DNA from: Marsupella aquatica
Taxonomy: Eukaryota; Plantae; Marchantiophyta
Direction: 5' to 3'
DNA: 64,000 bases
NCBI GenBank assembly: GCA_973895155.1
Contig: OZ316895.1
Coordinates: 12,345,929 to 12,409,928, forward strand
Shown here: positions 51,601 through 64,000 of the stretch, piece by piece
Layout of the letters: the number at the start of each line of letters is the position of its first letter
Numbering within the stretch: the stretch's first letter is position 1
Position numbers and translations under genes: made by a program
Notes under the pieces: model-generated
Databases searched by the model: none
Told to the model about the DNA's origin: nothing
What the model saw: the letters and a program-made list of their open reading frames with translations, nothing else

Positions 51601-52557
51601 GACCTGACTTGAAGTTCACCATCAATAACGCTCCATTGATGACCATTTGAATCCAACACACCGAGTGAAATCAGATTCTTACGCATGCCAGGTACATACC
51701 TGACTCCGGACACTGTGCGCACAGCGCCATCAAACATTTGAATCTTCACAGACCCAATTCCCTCAATTTGACAGGAGTTATCATTTCCCATCAGAACTGA
51801 ACCGTTTGAAACAGAGTAAGAACTGAAAAAACTCACGAATGTAACAAATATGAAAAGAGCAAGCACAATCAAGAATCCACACATCATCTGCTCTCCTAGA
51901 TGACGTGCACAGGGCATACCCCCGGCTTCATAAAACATACTCATCATTGAGTAAATCAGCTTCTCCATCAGCCCTAGCCACATTTGCCGATGAAGTTTCC
52001 GCTGCCTTTCCCTTACAGTCTCGCTTGAAGTGTCCAACTTGGTTGCACTTCCAACATGTCACCTGCCTCCTCTGAGGGGATTTACCCTTGGACTTAGATC
52101 TGGATTTAGATCTAAACTGGGTTCTACGGTCCCCAGTTGGTCGCTGCATACTCCTCCCACGGTTAACATTGAGGGCAGCACCAGATGATGAAGGCTGTGA
52201 CGTGATGTGCATCTTCTGCTGAAGATCATCACTAAGCAGAGAACTTACCACGTCATTGTATGAAATGGTATCCCTATCACGATGCAACAACACTCGTGAT
52301 AGGGACTGGTAAGATGGAGACAATGAACTAAGAAGCTGCAGAGCCTTCGTCTCATCATTCAAAGTCTCCCCAAGGTTTTCCAAGTCAACGACCATGTCGT
52401 TGAAAGCATCCACATGGTCTTGCAACTTCGTACCAGATTCCTTCATCCTGAAACTCATCAGTTTGTAGGAAGTGTAGAGCCGGTTCGACAACTCCTTGCG
52501 GTGATACTTGCTCTGCAATTCCGCAAATAAGGACATGCAATCCTTATGTGCACCCAA
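48678..52557 (-). pseudogene. Copia gag-pol (gag Zn-knuckle, protease, GAG-pre-integrase, integrase, RT, RNaseH), disrupted
   Basis: CWKCNQVGHFKRDC, WILD, LWHSRLGH, IHSDVWGP, LRSDNGGEY, QQNGVAER, KARLVAKG, YVDDMLI, STTEAEY, NPADAFTK. Lesions: stop at 51928, frameshift near 51830, in-frame TAG at 49770 (LK*SPRQW). Confidence 0.93.
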
Positions 52558-53292
52558 CTACTTGATGATGGGAGGCATGAGATAGAGTGTAACACACCAC
52601 ACTCCCTGCTCCTTGTCAACAACGAATGTTGATCAATTGCACTTGGTGTCGTCACCAAGTCCAACAAGGTAATTGATTTTGCTTAGCCTTCCTCTTTGCA
52701 TCAAAGAGCCAATCCCGGACTCAAAAACAATCGTCTTGCCTCAATCTCTCCGTTGAGTCAAAACACTTGACGCTTCTCCCTCTGAGTCGATTGCCAACTT
52801 TCTTCACAAAATCCAGAACGACGAAAACTTAGATCTCTCTGCACCACGAGCTCCGTTCAACAATTTCTTCACACCGTTAGAAAGCTCTTGCCCTGATCTA
52901 TCCGTTGAGCCCATAAACTCCAAGTTCCATGCGATGGAACTCTGGAAAATCCACCAACACTCAACGCTGGAAAAACCGTCATGAAATCCCGTCACGAACA
53001 CACGTCACCTCCCAAGCATGCTCTGATACCAATTGTTGAGCATAGACGACGATCGCAACGGCAAGCCCATGAACCATCCAACGCACAATAGTCGACACAA
53101 GAGATACGTGGTTCACCTCCTTGAGGCTACGTCCACGGGAACACACAAGAGAGCTTTACTGAACTCTAAGCCTGTCGGCTATACCGAGTCTCCACAGTGT
53201 AAGCTCTCCCTATCTCTCAAGTAGCTCCATAACAATGAGCCTTGGTTCTACCTCTCCAAGCACACATGCCTCTTATGATATAGTGTGCAACT

Positions 53293-53471
53293 TAGTTGTA
53301 CCTAATCACATAGTTGTACCTAATCACGTAGTTGTACCTAACCACATAGTTGTACCTAATCACGTAGTTGTACCTAACCACATAGTTGTACCTAATCACG
53401 TAGTTGTACCTAACCACGTAGTTGTACCTAACCACGTAGTTGTACCAACCCACGTTGTTGTACCAACCACG
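53293..53471. repeat. 18-bp minisatellite in Copia 5' LTR (10 units, versus 3 in the 3' LTR)
   Basis: TAGTTGTACCTAA(C/T)CAC(G/A) units. The LTR length difference 475-349 = 126 = 7 x 18. Confidence 0.92.
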
Positions 53472-54662
53472 TCATACCTAACCTAGACGTAAGAGTAAAT
53501 ACCCAACAGATAGCAGCCCAGTTTTATTACCTCTAACCTTCATACAATTGGAGACCCTGCTAGAGACTAACCCCTAAATGTTTGAAGACCACCCTAATTT
53601 TGTCTTCAAACACAAAAGTACCCACGACTGCATCTGGTGTCATTCAATCTTATCATGAGTGGATGTGGGCCAAACCTTATCTTGACACAATTGTGGCTTA
53701 CCACAGGCGAGACCACGGGCCCATATGGTAGAGATTAGAGTGCACTGTGGTAAAGTCTCTCTATAGTGCTCTTCCCAAGAACTATCTGTAAAACAATTTC
53801 AGAGGGGTTCGATTGGGGCAGATATGAACATAGGGGTTGATTAAGTAAGAAACAGTCCAGAGGGGGTCGGTTAAGCATATACCTCTAGAAATTATCACAA
53901 AAAACTTGTATGTACTAGTTGACGTAGATCATAGTCATGAGTTTTTCCCATGCACATGACGACCATGTGAGTTAGGGTCTAGAAGCTTCACTCTAGACCT
54001 AGGCTCTTAAAAGTAGACTTCAGTTGGCGCTTTTATAGTAAGATGTTGCTTTTCTATGTACACTGATCAGAAAATGGAGTACCAACTATTTCAATGGAAG
54101 ATTGGTACCTGCTGCCTTTTTACATGCATTTAAATTGACATAATCTGCTACTGCTTTTTTACGTGCATTTACCAGAAAGGGAGTACAATGATGTAAGAGA
54201 ATAATCTTGATAACACCATATGCTGATGCTTTTTAATAGGAATTTTACCACAACAGGAGTACTAATTATATACAAGAATAATCTGGTATGTGGTGCTTTT
54301 CCATGTGCATTTACCAGAAAAAGAGTACCAATACATAAAACTACAATGGATTTTAATAACGTGGCACAATACACTATGCTACTCCTTTTTAATGTGCATT
54401 TGCTACAAAGGGAGTACCATGCAGGAGCTGGCAATGGAATAGTAGGGTGGTCATCTCCTCTTGGCAAAGGTGGGCCATATATACATAACATTGCCAAAAG
54501 AACAAAAAGCCCATCAAGACAGTCAGGATCCCATAGGTAAGAAATCCAATAAAGTGGATTTTCCCTATAGTTGCACATCAAAATGTGACAATATGCTGCA
54601 TGCTATGCCACTACCATCATTAGCCCTATTATTTAATTTAAATCTCTAAGTGTTATGCTAAA

Positions 54663-56090
54663 CTAGCTCAATACCCGTGCGTTGCACAAAAGATGTCATG
54701 AAAAAAAAGATGTCGTGTTGCCCAAGATGTTGTTAAGAAAAAAGATGTCGTTTCCTCTAAGATGCCATTACGTAAAAAAGAAGTTGTGTCGCCCAAGATG
54801 TCGTTCATAAAGAAAATGTCATGTCGCCCAAGATGTCATGAAGAAAAAAATGTTATGCTGCCCAATGTATCATTGGTAAAGAAAAAATATCTTGTGTCAC
54901 CCAAGATGTCATTAATAAAAAAGATGTCATGACACCCAAGATGTACTTAAGAAAGAAGATATTGTGTGACCCAAGATGTCCTTCAAAAAAAAGATATCAT
55001 GTCAACCAATATATCCTTAAGAAAGGAGACACCACGTTGCCCAAGATGTTGTTAAGAGAAAAGTTGTCGTTAAGTAGAAAAGATGTTGTTAAGACAAAAG
55101 TTGCACAAAAGATGGTGTGGTGAGAAAAAGATGTCAAGGTGAAAATAGATGTTGAGTTGAGAAAAAGAAGTTGGAGTGAAGAAAAGATGTCAAGGAGAGA
55201 AAAGATGGCAATGTGAGAAAAACATGTGAAGATGAGGAAAATGTCAGAATGTGAGGGAAAGATGTTGTGGTGAGATAAAAATGTGAAGGAAGGTTAGACT
55301 TCGAGATGAAAACATAATTATGTCAATGAGAAAAAAAGATGTTGAGGTGAGATAAAGAAGTCAAGGTGAAAAAATATGTCAAGGAGAGAAAAAACATGGC
55401 GAGGTGAGAAAAAGATGTTGAGGAGAGAAAATATGTCAAGGGTGAGGGAAAGATGTTGTGCTAAGATAAAGATGTCAAGGTGAGAAAAGATGTCAAGGTG
55501 AGGAAAAGATTCAAGTCAGGTGAGAAACTATATCAAGGAGAAGAACAAAAATCAAGGACCTAAAAGATGTCGAGGGTGATCAAAAATTGTTGTCGAGAGA
55601 TAAAGATGTCAATGTGAGAAAAAATGGCGAGATGAGAAAAATGTGTCAAGGCAAGGTAGAGTTGTTGTAATGGTGTTTAACAACTCAGACATGCATTGCA
55701 CATAGAAATTGAAGATGCGAGATAATGGTCACCGCAACATAGAGTCCAAGCACAACTGAGTGATAAAAATAATAATTTATTTTAAAATTTTAGAGAAATT
55801 AATATTGTATGTATTTTATTTATTCTCAAGTTTTTTCAAAACTTTAAGGTTAATATCCAATTCTTTAAGTCACCATTTTAATAATTAGTTTTAAATTAAT
55901 ATTGAATTAATTTTTTATCTTGGTCGGGTTTGGGTAGGTTGTGGGTAGCTTGGGCAGAGGTATTGAGTTTAATAGAGGTATGGAAGGATCCTAGGGTTGC
56001 AGAAAAAAATTTAATTAAGGGCTAGGATTTGTTCCCATTTTTTCTTGAGTTTATAAATGTACCAGTATATGGTATTATAGTGACGTATGA
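54663..56090 (-). mobile_element. Probable non-autonomous Helitron with internal AAAAGATGTC-type minisatellite
   Basis: Minus strand ends GTGCAACGCACGGGTATTGAG-CTAG|T at 54663, the hairpin-plus-CTAG signature of a Helitron 3' end. Degenerate 20-30-bp repeats span ~54690-55650. The 5' TC end at ~56090 is tentative. Confidence 0.55.
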
Positions 56091-57582
56091 TAGTTTAGTT
56101 ACATTTTCTCTCTTTTGTCTCCACCATTAGATTCATTTTTGTGTGAGAAGTGCATACAAGAGAGTTAGTTACATTTTTTGTCTTTCGTCTCCACCAATTT
56201 ATTCTAGTTTTGTGTGAAAAGATTTTCTGTACTTTTGCTCCACACAGTATTTAATTTGCTTTTTGGTTTATCCATTCTATGTATTGATTACTTCTTTTCT
56301 TGGCCCTGTATTTTTGAATGACAACCATGTATAAAAAGGCGCAACCTTGTATAATAGGAGTTAATAAGTATCTGGCTATCAAGGGGTTAACCCATAAAGA
56401 GGGAGTCCATGATCCAATAGGTAAGAAACCCAATAAACCTGGATGTCAGGATCCCAATCTTACTAATAAATTGCTATGCAAAGTTACTTTCCGGGGCTAT
56501 GGTCTAGAATGAAACTCTCAATAAGGACAAAAGTGGAAATGAGGATGGACCAAAAGAGGGATGGGGCAAAGATGAATAGGAAACAACATAATATTCTATT
56601 TTATTTGGCGATATATTTCTTGTCTTGGTTAGAATTCTCTACTTGTTTGCGAAAAGACTCTGGTCATGGCCTCTAATTACGTATCAGGCTAGTAAGTAAG
56701 AAACCCAGCATCCAATAAGCAAGAAACCCAATAAAGGGGGATGCCAAGTTTTTTGCAAGATTTTCTTTTGCAAAAAAAAGAAAGGGGGATGCCAAGTTCC
56801 CCAAAGGTAAGAAACCCAATAAAGAGGGACACCATGTTTGTAGTGATGGCTTCTCACTGGCCAGAGAATAGGCTATGACTGTGCTACCTCAACAGTAACA
56901 ACAGCACCCTGGCACGTGAGCTCCGTGCAAGAAGTTGGTAGGAGATTGCCAGGGAGGATTTTCGAGTAGGAATAGCACTGGTGAATGATAGGTACTTAAT
57001 ATTACGGAAGGGCCTACTGTAGTCAGCAGAGTAGAATGCAGAATGAGAGAGAAGGAGAAGTATTGCCTGAGTTCCATGTCTTTGGAACGGAGTGGGGCAA
57101 ATACCAAATTATGGAGTAGACCGTGCAAGCAGAGTGGAGTCGATTTGTCCTTTGGAAAAGATTGGTGCAAATACCAAATTATGGAGTAGACCTCGCAAGC
57201 AGAGTGGAGTCCAGAATGAGAGCGAAGGAGAAAGTATTGCCTGGGTTCAATGTCTTTGGAAAGGAGTGGTGTAAATGCCAAATTATGGAGTTGCCGGACT
57301 AGTGAGGTTTCTGTGTCGCTTAACTCATAGTTTTGGCACGTCAATTGACAGTGTCATCCCACTGCCGGATGCATTGTGGATGGGTTCACTTGATGCTTCA
57401 GCAATGTCATTCAGAATTCAGCAGTATCTACAACATTCGCTCAATTTCAAAATAGCTTCGATGCATACTGGGATGTCCTAAGTCCGTTTGGAGGTTTACC
57501 AATGCTCCTCCGTTTGACTATTGAAGTTCTTCTCATTTACATCTGGTTTGTCTACTACAGTAGATTCGTAAAATGAGTTTCT

Positions 57583-57886
57583 GAGAGTTTCTTCTTCCTT
57601 CACGTGGGCTTTCAAGACTCCAGAAATGTTTTCTGTTCACCAAGGTTCTACTAACTTTTCCCCAAATGGATCAAATCATCACACCTTCGAACAGCATTCC
57701 CCGAGATCAATTCAGTGTTCGTCACACAAACGGAGAGAGTTTCTTCTTCCTTAATTTTGGCTTTCAAGACTCCAGAAATGTTTTCTGATCACCAAGGTTC
57801 TATAACACTTTCCCCAAATGGATCAAATCATCACACCTTCGAACAGCCTTCCCCAAGATCAATTTAGTGTTCGTCACACAAACGGA
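57583..57886. repeat. 152-bp tandem duplication
   Basis: GAGAGTTTCTTCTTCCTT...GTCACACAAACGGA repeated at 57583 and 57735. Confidence 0.85.
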
Positions 57887-59237
57887 CGGACAGTATGACA
57901 GCGGATGATCATATTGAGACAGCAAGATGGCAGGCTGGTCGCAGAAAAGTAGCCTTTGTTGACAATTCCTGTTCTGGTAATTCAATCCCCAAGAGGATTA
58001 TAAAGCTTCTTTGAAATCCGTAGCTCTGTGTCCTCTCGTCATGGGCAATTGTTGAATTTGCGTAGCCAAGGGGGGGACATGAAGGTCGCGGACACACCTC
58101 AGGACATGGCATTCGATACTCAACCTCTGAGCCCAGGATAGATTCGGTCCCGTTTTGCACATTGAGCCGAATAAAAGTGCACATGTGTTCCCCTGAAACT
58201 TTCCACCAAAGTAATTGAAATGGTTACAGAGCTTTACAAGGAACCATTCCAACGTCGACAATAACAAATCAGACTACCTCTACACCCGCTGAAGTGTTGA
58301 TTCCAATAAGCCGTCCGAATCATGATCCTGGTGGCAAACCCAAGACATTGACCTAGACCTTGGACTAACATAAGGATATTTCCGTGGTCAATAATGTTGC
58401 TTAGATCATTTAATTCCTAGAATAATTTTAGATCAAGAAGTTCTGCCCCTGCTTTCAGACCAACAGTGTTGGAGTCGTTTCTAGCTGCACAACACTTTTC
58501 TCGCATCGCTCTTATGAAACAAGAGCATCATGAATGACCCCATTAAACTGCGTACTACCTTTCTCAATCTCTTCTAACATTAGTTGTGGGGATGCTATCC
58601 TTCGCTGCGGACGGATTTGCTACAGCACCCTAGTCCATCTTTTCTCAATTCCAAGTAAGAACATTCTGCAACAAGACCACTCCCCGATCGACAGCACGGT
58701 TGACGCTGCTGTAGTTATTTAATTGGCCCCTCAAGATGGATTCCAGAAATAATGAAATCAATAGACAATGAGCCCTTCCAGCTTCTACCACAACTCTGTA
58801 AGCGTTGTAACACATTAATCTTTCAACGAGTGAACCCCTCTTATTGCTAATTAGTTACGATCATGCTATAAACGAGATGACATATTCTCGCCAATGAGCT
58901 GAACCTCAAAGTTATGAGACGGTTCCCCAGCAGCAGCCCCGTTGACCTACTGCACCCTCATCACCCCAGTCGCTCCTTCCGTCGTCAGCTGGGCACTCCA
59001 CTTCCACAAGTTTTTAATCGCTGTACCATATAGTGTTGGCGTCCTCCAGATATTTCTCCCCATCTCCCGGTGCCTACAGAAGATCTTTCCCAGGGTCAAA
59101 ACCTTCGTCTGTACATCTGATAGGTCACTCTCCAAAGTTCTGGCATGCTGGAGAAAAATGGTTGGCCAAGTTCTTGCCTTGCATGAAGACAGCCTAATTA
59201 GATTTGAATGATTGGATTAGAACGTGTGCCGCTCGGC

Positions 59238-60632
59238 CTAGCTCAAGATCGTATCGGTCATTGCCATAAGAAGATCGACGGTGCCAATCTCTATTTTTCT
59301 GGCAAACAAATATTGCCCATCATTTTTCGTTTGAATGTCCCTTATGAGTTCCCAACTGATATCGTCCCGGTTGTAGGTCACAGGATGTTCCGACACGTAA
59401 TCCGGCCACTCCACATAGGTTAAGCTCGTTCCAGTAACTCCATCTGGGTCCACGATGTTGAAAAAGGTGGGATAGTAGTGCTCATCCGTTCCACAAAAAT
59501 AAATTACGCACTCGTGATCAAAATGGCTCCAGTACCTCATGTAGTGCACATCCTGCAATATCATTAGAGCATGCCGCCGAAGGTAAACAAACCACTGTGC
59601 AGCCTTTCGGAATTGATCAAACGTTATCTCCGGGAGCATGACGTCCTCCCCTCCCTCTCGTCCCGTGTACCTCTCCCACATCACGGACTCGTTCACAATC
59701 TGCTCCAAAAAACTCTGCCTCGAGGAAGTGATCACCTGGTACACGTGATCGAAGCTCCGGATCGGAATGCATTGGCCAGAAAGCAGGACAAAATATGCGT
59801 TCGCCGGGTCATCCAGCATGGCATTCGCTATCAACCTGTTGGACGCCAAAACCAGCGAGGGACTCCCTCTATACGCCTTCTGGCTCGGAATTAAACGATT
59901 GTAAAATATCTTGGACGTTTTGTTGAAAAGATTGGGGTCGAACGGATCTGCGTGCACATAGACGTTGTACAAACCTTCCTTGCCCTCGAAGAACTTATTC
60001 CACAATGGCTCAAATGGGAGCGAGGTGGTGATCATGAACAGAAATGCAATCTTCCCCTTGCCTCCGGGGACAGCAGCATCAGGAATTGAGCCCGAATCGT
60101 TGTTCCGGGCACAGAAGGTGTCACAGGATTCGGTTGAGCCTGATCGAAGCCGATACTTCATGCTCCTCCCTGGCAACCCGTCATCAATCTTGGAGCAGTC
60201 TATCTCCTTCCCATATGGAGTCTTCTTCGTTCTATGCTTCGACTCAGCAGCTATCACTCTACCGTACAGCTCGCGATCTGTCCAGTTGTGCAGAAGCGAC
60301 GCTTGCTTCACCGGTTTCAGCTCGTCAACTATGTCACATTCACAACATGTCCGCACTTCCTCATTGATCAATGCCGGGCTAAAGTCTTTGGTTCCGACAA
60401 GCATATCTGGATCCGCTAAAACGGGATGCATAGTAGAGTCTGGGTTAGTGTTTGGCAGGGTTAAGGTGGAGAAGGAGGCCGCTTGATCTACAGGACCGTG
60501 TGAACGATTGGCATTCAAAGCTACATGAGCCACCCATTGCCACACCACAAACAAAGTGAATGCCGCGACGCCGAGCATAGGAAAGAACGATACCATATAG
60601 AGAGGGGGCTTAAATACCTTCGACGTCCTCAT
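59238..60632 (-). CDS. Core-2/I-branching beta-1,6-GlcNAc-transferase-like (DUF266 / BC10-like) Golgi type II glycosyltransferase, 464 aa, single coding exon
   Basis: N-terminal TM segment, then KIAFLFM..LPFEPLWNKFFEG..LYNVYVH, RLIANAMLDDPANAYFVLLS..CIP, QFRKAAQWF, DEHYYPT and YLFARK motifs. Confidence 0.93.
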   Translation of the reverse strand: MRTSKVFKPPLYMVSFFPMLGVAAFTLFVVWQWVAHVALNANRSHGPVDQAASFSTLTLPNTNPDSTMHPVLADPDMLVGTKDFSPALINEEVRTCCECDIVDELKPVKQASLLHNWTDRELYGRVIAAESKHRTKKTPYGKEIDCSKIDDGLPGRSMKYRLRSGSTESCDTFCARNNDSGSIPDAAVPGGKGKIAFLFMITTSLPFEPLWNKFFEGKEGLYNVYVHADPFDPNLFNKTSKIFYNRLIPSQKAYRGSPSLVLASNRLIANAMLDDPANAYFVLLSGQCIPIRSFDHVYQVITSSRQSFLEQIVNESVMWERYTGREGGEDVMLPEITFDQFRKAAQWFVYLRRHALMILQDVHYMRYWSHFDHECVIYFCGTDEHYYPTFFNIVDPDGVTGTSLTYVEWPDYVSEHPVTYNRDDISWELIRDIQTKNDGQYLFARKIEIGTVDLLMAMTDTILS

Positions 60633-63552
60633 GGTTGTTTTATTTAATCATCCTCCCTTCACCACCTCATCGTACAGGACACCCCTCCTTCTGCTGATCC
60701 TGCTGCTGCTGGATGGATGCAATGCACTAATTTCCCATGCCTCCTCCCACTCCCCTGAATTTTTCCGACAACTTCACCTCCTGCTGCTGCTGCCTACAGT
60801 GCAGGAGGCACAGGGGCTTCAAGAGATTAGCCGATCCATTCTACAGTATGGCCACCATTTCAAGGATTCCCGAGTAAAGTGAGGGCTCTTCCTAACAAAC
60901 TTGCAATCCGTCGGCCGAGAGAAATCGGAAGGAACAGATTCTTAATTTTTTCAGTCGCTTGTTCGACCGTGATAACTGGGAGTCCCGATTGCCGCAGAGA
61001 CATTCAAGTAAACTGCACGAGCCATCACTGCAGAAACATTAGTACTTCAAATTCAAAGATCAGTGAATGATCGAAATGCCCGTGCACTGACGAGACACTG
61101 ATTCGACCTAGTTGCGAACGACTTGACCGAGACAGAGAGTTCACTCACAGACCCTCAGATTGCTGCGGGGAGCTCTATCAAACCGTCTCAATCTAGCCCA
61201 CCTAGTTGCGAAGGAAGGATTGAAAAGTTGACGGATCGAAGGCGCTCCGAAAGACTGAGGAGTGCGTGCAACGAATTGAAGAATTGAGGAATCGAAGGGG
61301 TTCCGAAAGAGTGAGAGGAGTGCGTGCAGGAGAGAGCACGACGAGAGGCAACGCTACTGCACATACGCGTTCGGAGCCCCGACCGAAGGCTGTAGAGTAA
61401 TAAGTGCTGTAGCTTCCACTGAGGTCAGTGCATTCTCTTCTCTTCTCTTCTCGTCTCTTTGCCTTTTTGGCTTTTCTGTTGCTCTTCGCTTCGCTTCGCT
61501 TCGCTTCTCTTCTCTCCCCTCCCCTTTGCCTTTTTGGCTTTTCTGTTGCCTCCCTTGAGCCCCTTTGATTGTGGCCTTTTGGCCTTTTCTTGTTGCCTCC
61601 TTTGATTGGGCCTTTCGCCCTGGGACCATGTCTCCTGGATGGGAGCCTTTTGGTTTTTTGGCACTTTGTGTGGTGTAAAGTCCTGTTTGGAGTGCATTAT
61701 GGGATATAATGCCCCCAAAACCGAGAGCTTCCTCTTCGAGCCATTATTGCCCATAATGCTCAAAAGACAAGACTTTAGTACACCTACAGGCTTGACTGCT
61801 TGAGTGATTTTTATTTCATCTAACTTTAATAAAAGTAGAGGAGAAATTTACCAAAGGTATGATCCAGATCTTGCCGGGCATTCTGCTCCACAATGCCCTC
61901 AAAAATACGAAAGGGAAAATCACCAAGGGTATCAAAATGTAATAGGGAGGCTTCAAAGTTTGCTTCAACTTCTCTTGAGAGCAGTCTAGGCTGCTAACCT
62001 CCAGAAAACAAGGCTGAAACTAGGGCCAGGTGCTGCCAACCTCCAAAAAACAAGGCTGAAACTAAGGCCAGGTGTGTTTTTGGGCATGAGTAAGCATAGG
62101 GGGGGGGGGGGGGGGGGGCAAAGGTAAATTTGAGAGGTGTTGTAAAAGCTGTAGAAGTAACGGAAGATATGAGTTATGCAGTTAGCAAAAAAGCCCGGGT
62201 AAAAAAGTGCGGTAACCAATTCCGTGTACGCACCGTGAACTCTCGGCTCAACTAAAAGCCCGCATCTTCTAAAGTTTGAGATGCCCTAATTGTACAATAA
62301 GATCTTCTTTGCTTTGCTTCTGACAGTGCTCCGCTTGGGCCCCTTGTGGCCAAAAGTATGCTCGGATGGACCACTCCCATGAACCTTGCAACCCGGATAG
62401 ACTAGGCCAGTGACTAAGCTATCTAGTAGGATTGACAATATGATGCACATGAGGAGGTCTCAAAACTCAAAATTTGATAGATTTTAACTACTAAGCTACA
62501 GTTAGAAATTGGTCATATGCCATGACCATAAGTTACTCTAAAGGCTAGTGAGAAAAAAAAAACCCCATGAAAAGGCTATGGCTATTTGTTTATGGCCAAA
62601 AGCCATCATCACCAACTATTAAGCTTTTGAGACTCCCCACTAATGCATTATACAATATGACTAGGGAGGCCACTGCCAGTGGCCATTATTAGACCTTGAT
62701 ATAGATATAGGTAGGTATGAAAAGCAAAGTGGCCAAATGGAAGACCAAAATCTAAATAATTTGTGCAAAAAGTGGCTTAGCTAAACTTTCACTGAGGTGG
62801 AATCTACTGAGTTTTTGCCGCTTTAAGAAATGTTGAGCTCATCCTACTGGTCGGCTTGTTTGAAAGCAATAGACGCACCTCTGGAAAATTTGTCATCCAA
62901 ATCTAGAAATATTGGTACAAACAGTCATTTCATGGTTGAGACTACTTTAAAAGTTGAAAAAAATGAAATACATTTCAAGTGATGTTTTACGTAGGGTTAC
63001 GTAAACAACTGTGGTAAGAGAGGCACTCCCAGTCTACTCTGCATGCATGTCTGACCGACCCACCCACCCACCCACCCACCCAAATAAATAAATACACACA
63101 CACACTCTTTAGAACTCGCCAGCCTTTCAGACAGACAGCCGGACAATGTCAAGGCACTCAATATTGGTACAGTAGGTATCCGATTCACCCGTCCCTTGAA
63201 ATAGAGATATGCTCCTATCAAGATGAGCAGCTTCATATTATTTACAAGGTTTTTCATAGTTTGCCAAGGTGCCAATGCCATCTTGTAAGTAAAACACTTT
63301 ATCCAATTTTCCTATGAATTTCAGCCATCAGATCTTCCCAGATTTAAGGATTGCCATTAGATTCTAGCTACTCTGGTCTGTGACTAGGTGAAAAAAAAAC
63401 TATTAGTCTAGCTACTCGGGTCTGTGACTAGGTGAAAAAAACTGGCTAATTGAAGTCAGAATTCCTACCTAATTTCTGCCAACAGTGGCTAAGCTTTTTC
63501 AAAGAGGTGGATTCTCCTGAATTGTTGGCACTGGAATGCTAGAGGAAGGTGC

Positions 63553-63846
63553 CAGCTTATTATTTAATTTTTGCCAGAGTGGCAAATGTACAGTGTGTGA
63601 AGGAGAAGATGCTCAAAGATTCTCAAAGGAAAAGATGCTCAAAGATTCTCTATTCAGTTATTTTCCTGACTGTCAGATTTCCCTGATTTAAGGCTGACTG
63701 TTAGATTCTGGCTAAAGGGAGGGGCCTGGGATTAGGTGAAACACTGGCATGAGAGAGCAAAATAGTAGCAATTTTTTGCCAAAAGTGGCAAAGTATTTTT
63801 GGGAAGGTCCAATTGGGCGAATTTTTGCCACCTAAAAAAAACACTG
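63553..63846. mobile_element. hAT-type MITE, same family as 22748-23024, opposite orientation
   Basis: Ends CAG.. / ..AAAAAACACTG with 8-bp TSD GAAGGTGC at 63545-63552 and 63847-63854. Partial copies also at ~63325-63534 and ~62760-62835. Confidence 0.82.
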
Positions 63847-64000
63847 GAAGGTGCACCTCTCCCGATTGCATGGATGTGCCGAATCTTGTTGATGCATCAA
63901 GTGCAACTCTCCCAATTTCATGGGACTGTTGGATCTCGCTTAAACCACGCCTTCCCATACAAAAGGGCCCATTCTTGTCTGGCAATTGTTCATTACTGTT

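Larger units (their letters stand above)
48114..53508 (-). mobile_element. Ty1/Copia LTR retrotransposon, structurally complete, recent
   Basis: LTRs 53034-53508 (5') and 48114-48462 (3') with TG..CA ends, near-identical apart from repeat copy number. TSD GATAG. PBS TGGTATCAGAGC (tRNA-iMet) at 53020-53031. PPT at 48463-48473. Confidence 0.95.
41095..53885. mobile_element. Non-autonomous Mutator-like element (~1.3-kb core) carrying nested LTR retroelements
   Basis: ~85-bp TIRs beginning GAGGTATATGCTTAA at 41095 and inverted at ~53800-53885. Exact 9-bp TSD TAGAAATTA at 41086-41094 and 53886-53894. Confidence 0.88.

Noticed and set aside
53235-53486. ORF with (VVPNH)n repeats
   Set aside because: Translation of the 18-bp LTR minisatellite.
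56880-59211. Short ORFs and ~70-bp repeats downstream of the glycosyltransferase as an additional gene
   Set aside because: No recognisable domain or consistent splice model; stops in all frames.

Overview
Eukaryotic plant genomic DNA, from a lineage with flagellated sperm (bryophyte-like, inferred from an intact CFAP119 gene). Three host genes lie on the minus strand: an RSS3-like bHLH-MYC_N-domain gene (7 coding exons, 1105-4944), CFAP119/CCDC189 (8 exons, 16214-26842) and an intronless BC10/DUF266-type glycosyltransferase (59238-60632). The centre is transposon-rich. The standout is an 11,585-bp DNA transposon (28746-40330, 8-bp TSD AATTGGTG). It carries a GCM-like-Zn / MULE-type DDE / SWIM transposase and, divergently, a 5-exon ~1215-aa cargo gene fusing a ParB/Srx-like domain to a beta-class amino-methyltransferase fold with a degenerate catalytic motif. 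About 20 copies of a 15-bp palindrome TAGCGCCNGGCGCTA occur inside this element, mostly in introns and intergenic spacers, which suggests a ParB/parS-like or VANC-like self-recognition system. Next to it is a non-autonomous MULE (41095-53885, 9-bp TSD) containing a nested chromovirus with non-canonical AGT..ACT ends, two inverted solo LTRs and a young Copia. hAT MITEs and a probable Helitron are also present. All domain calls are by-eye motif recognition; no database searches were run.
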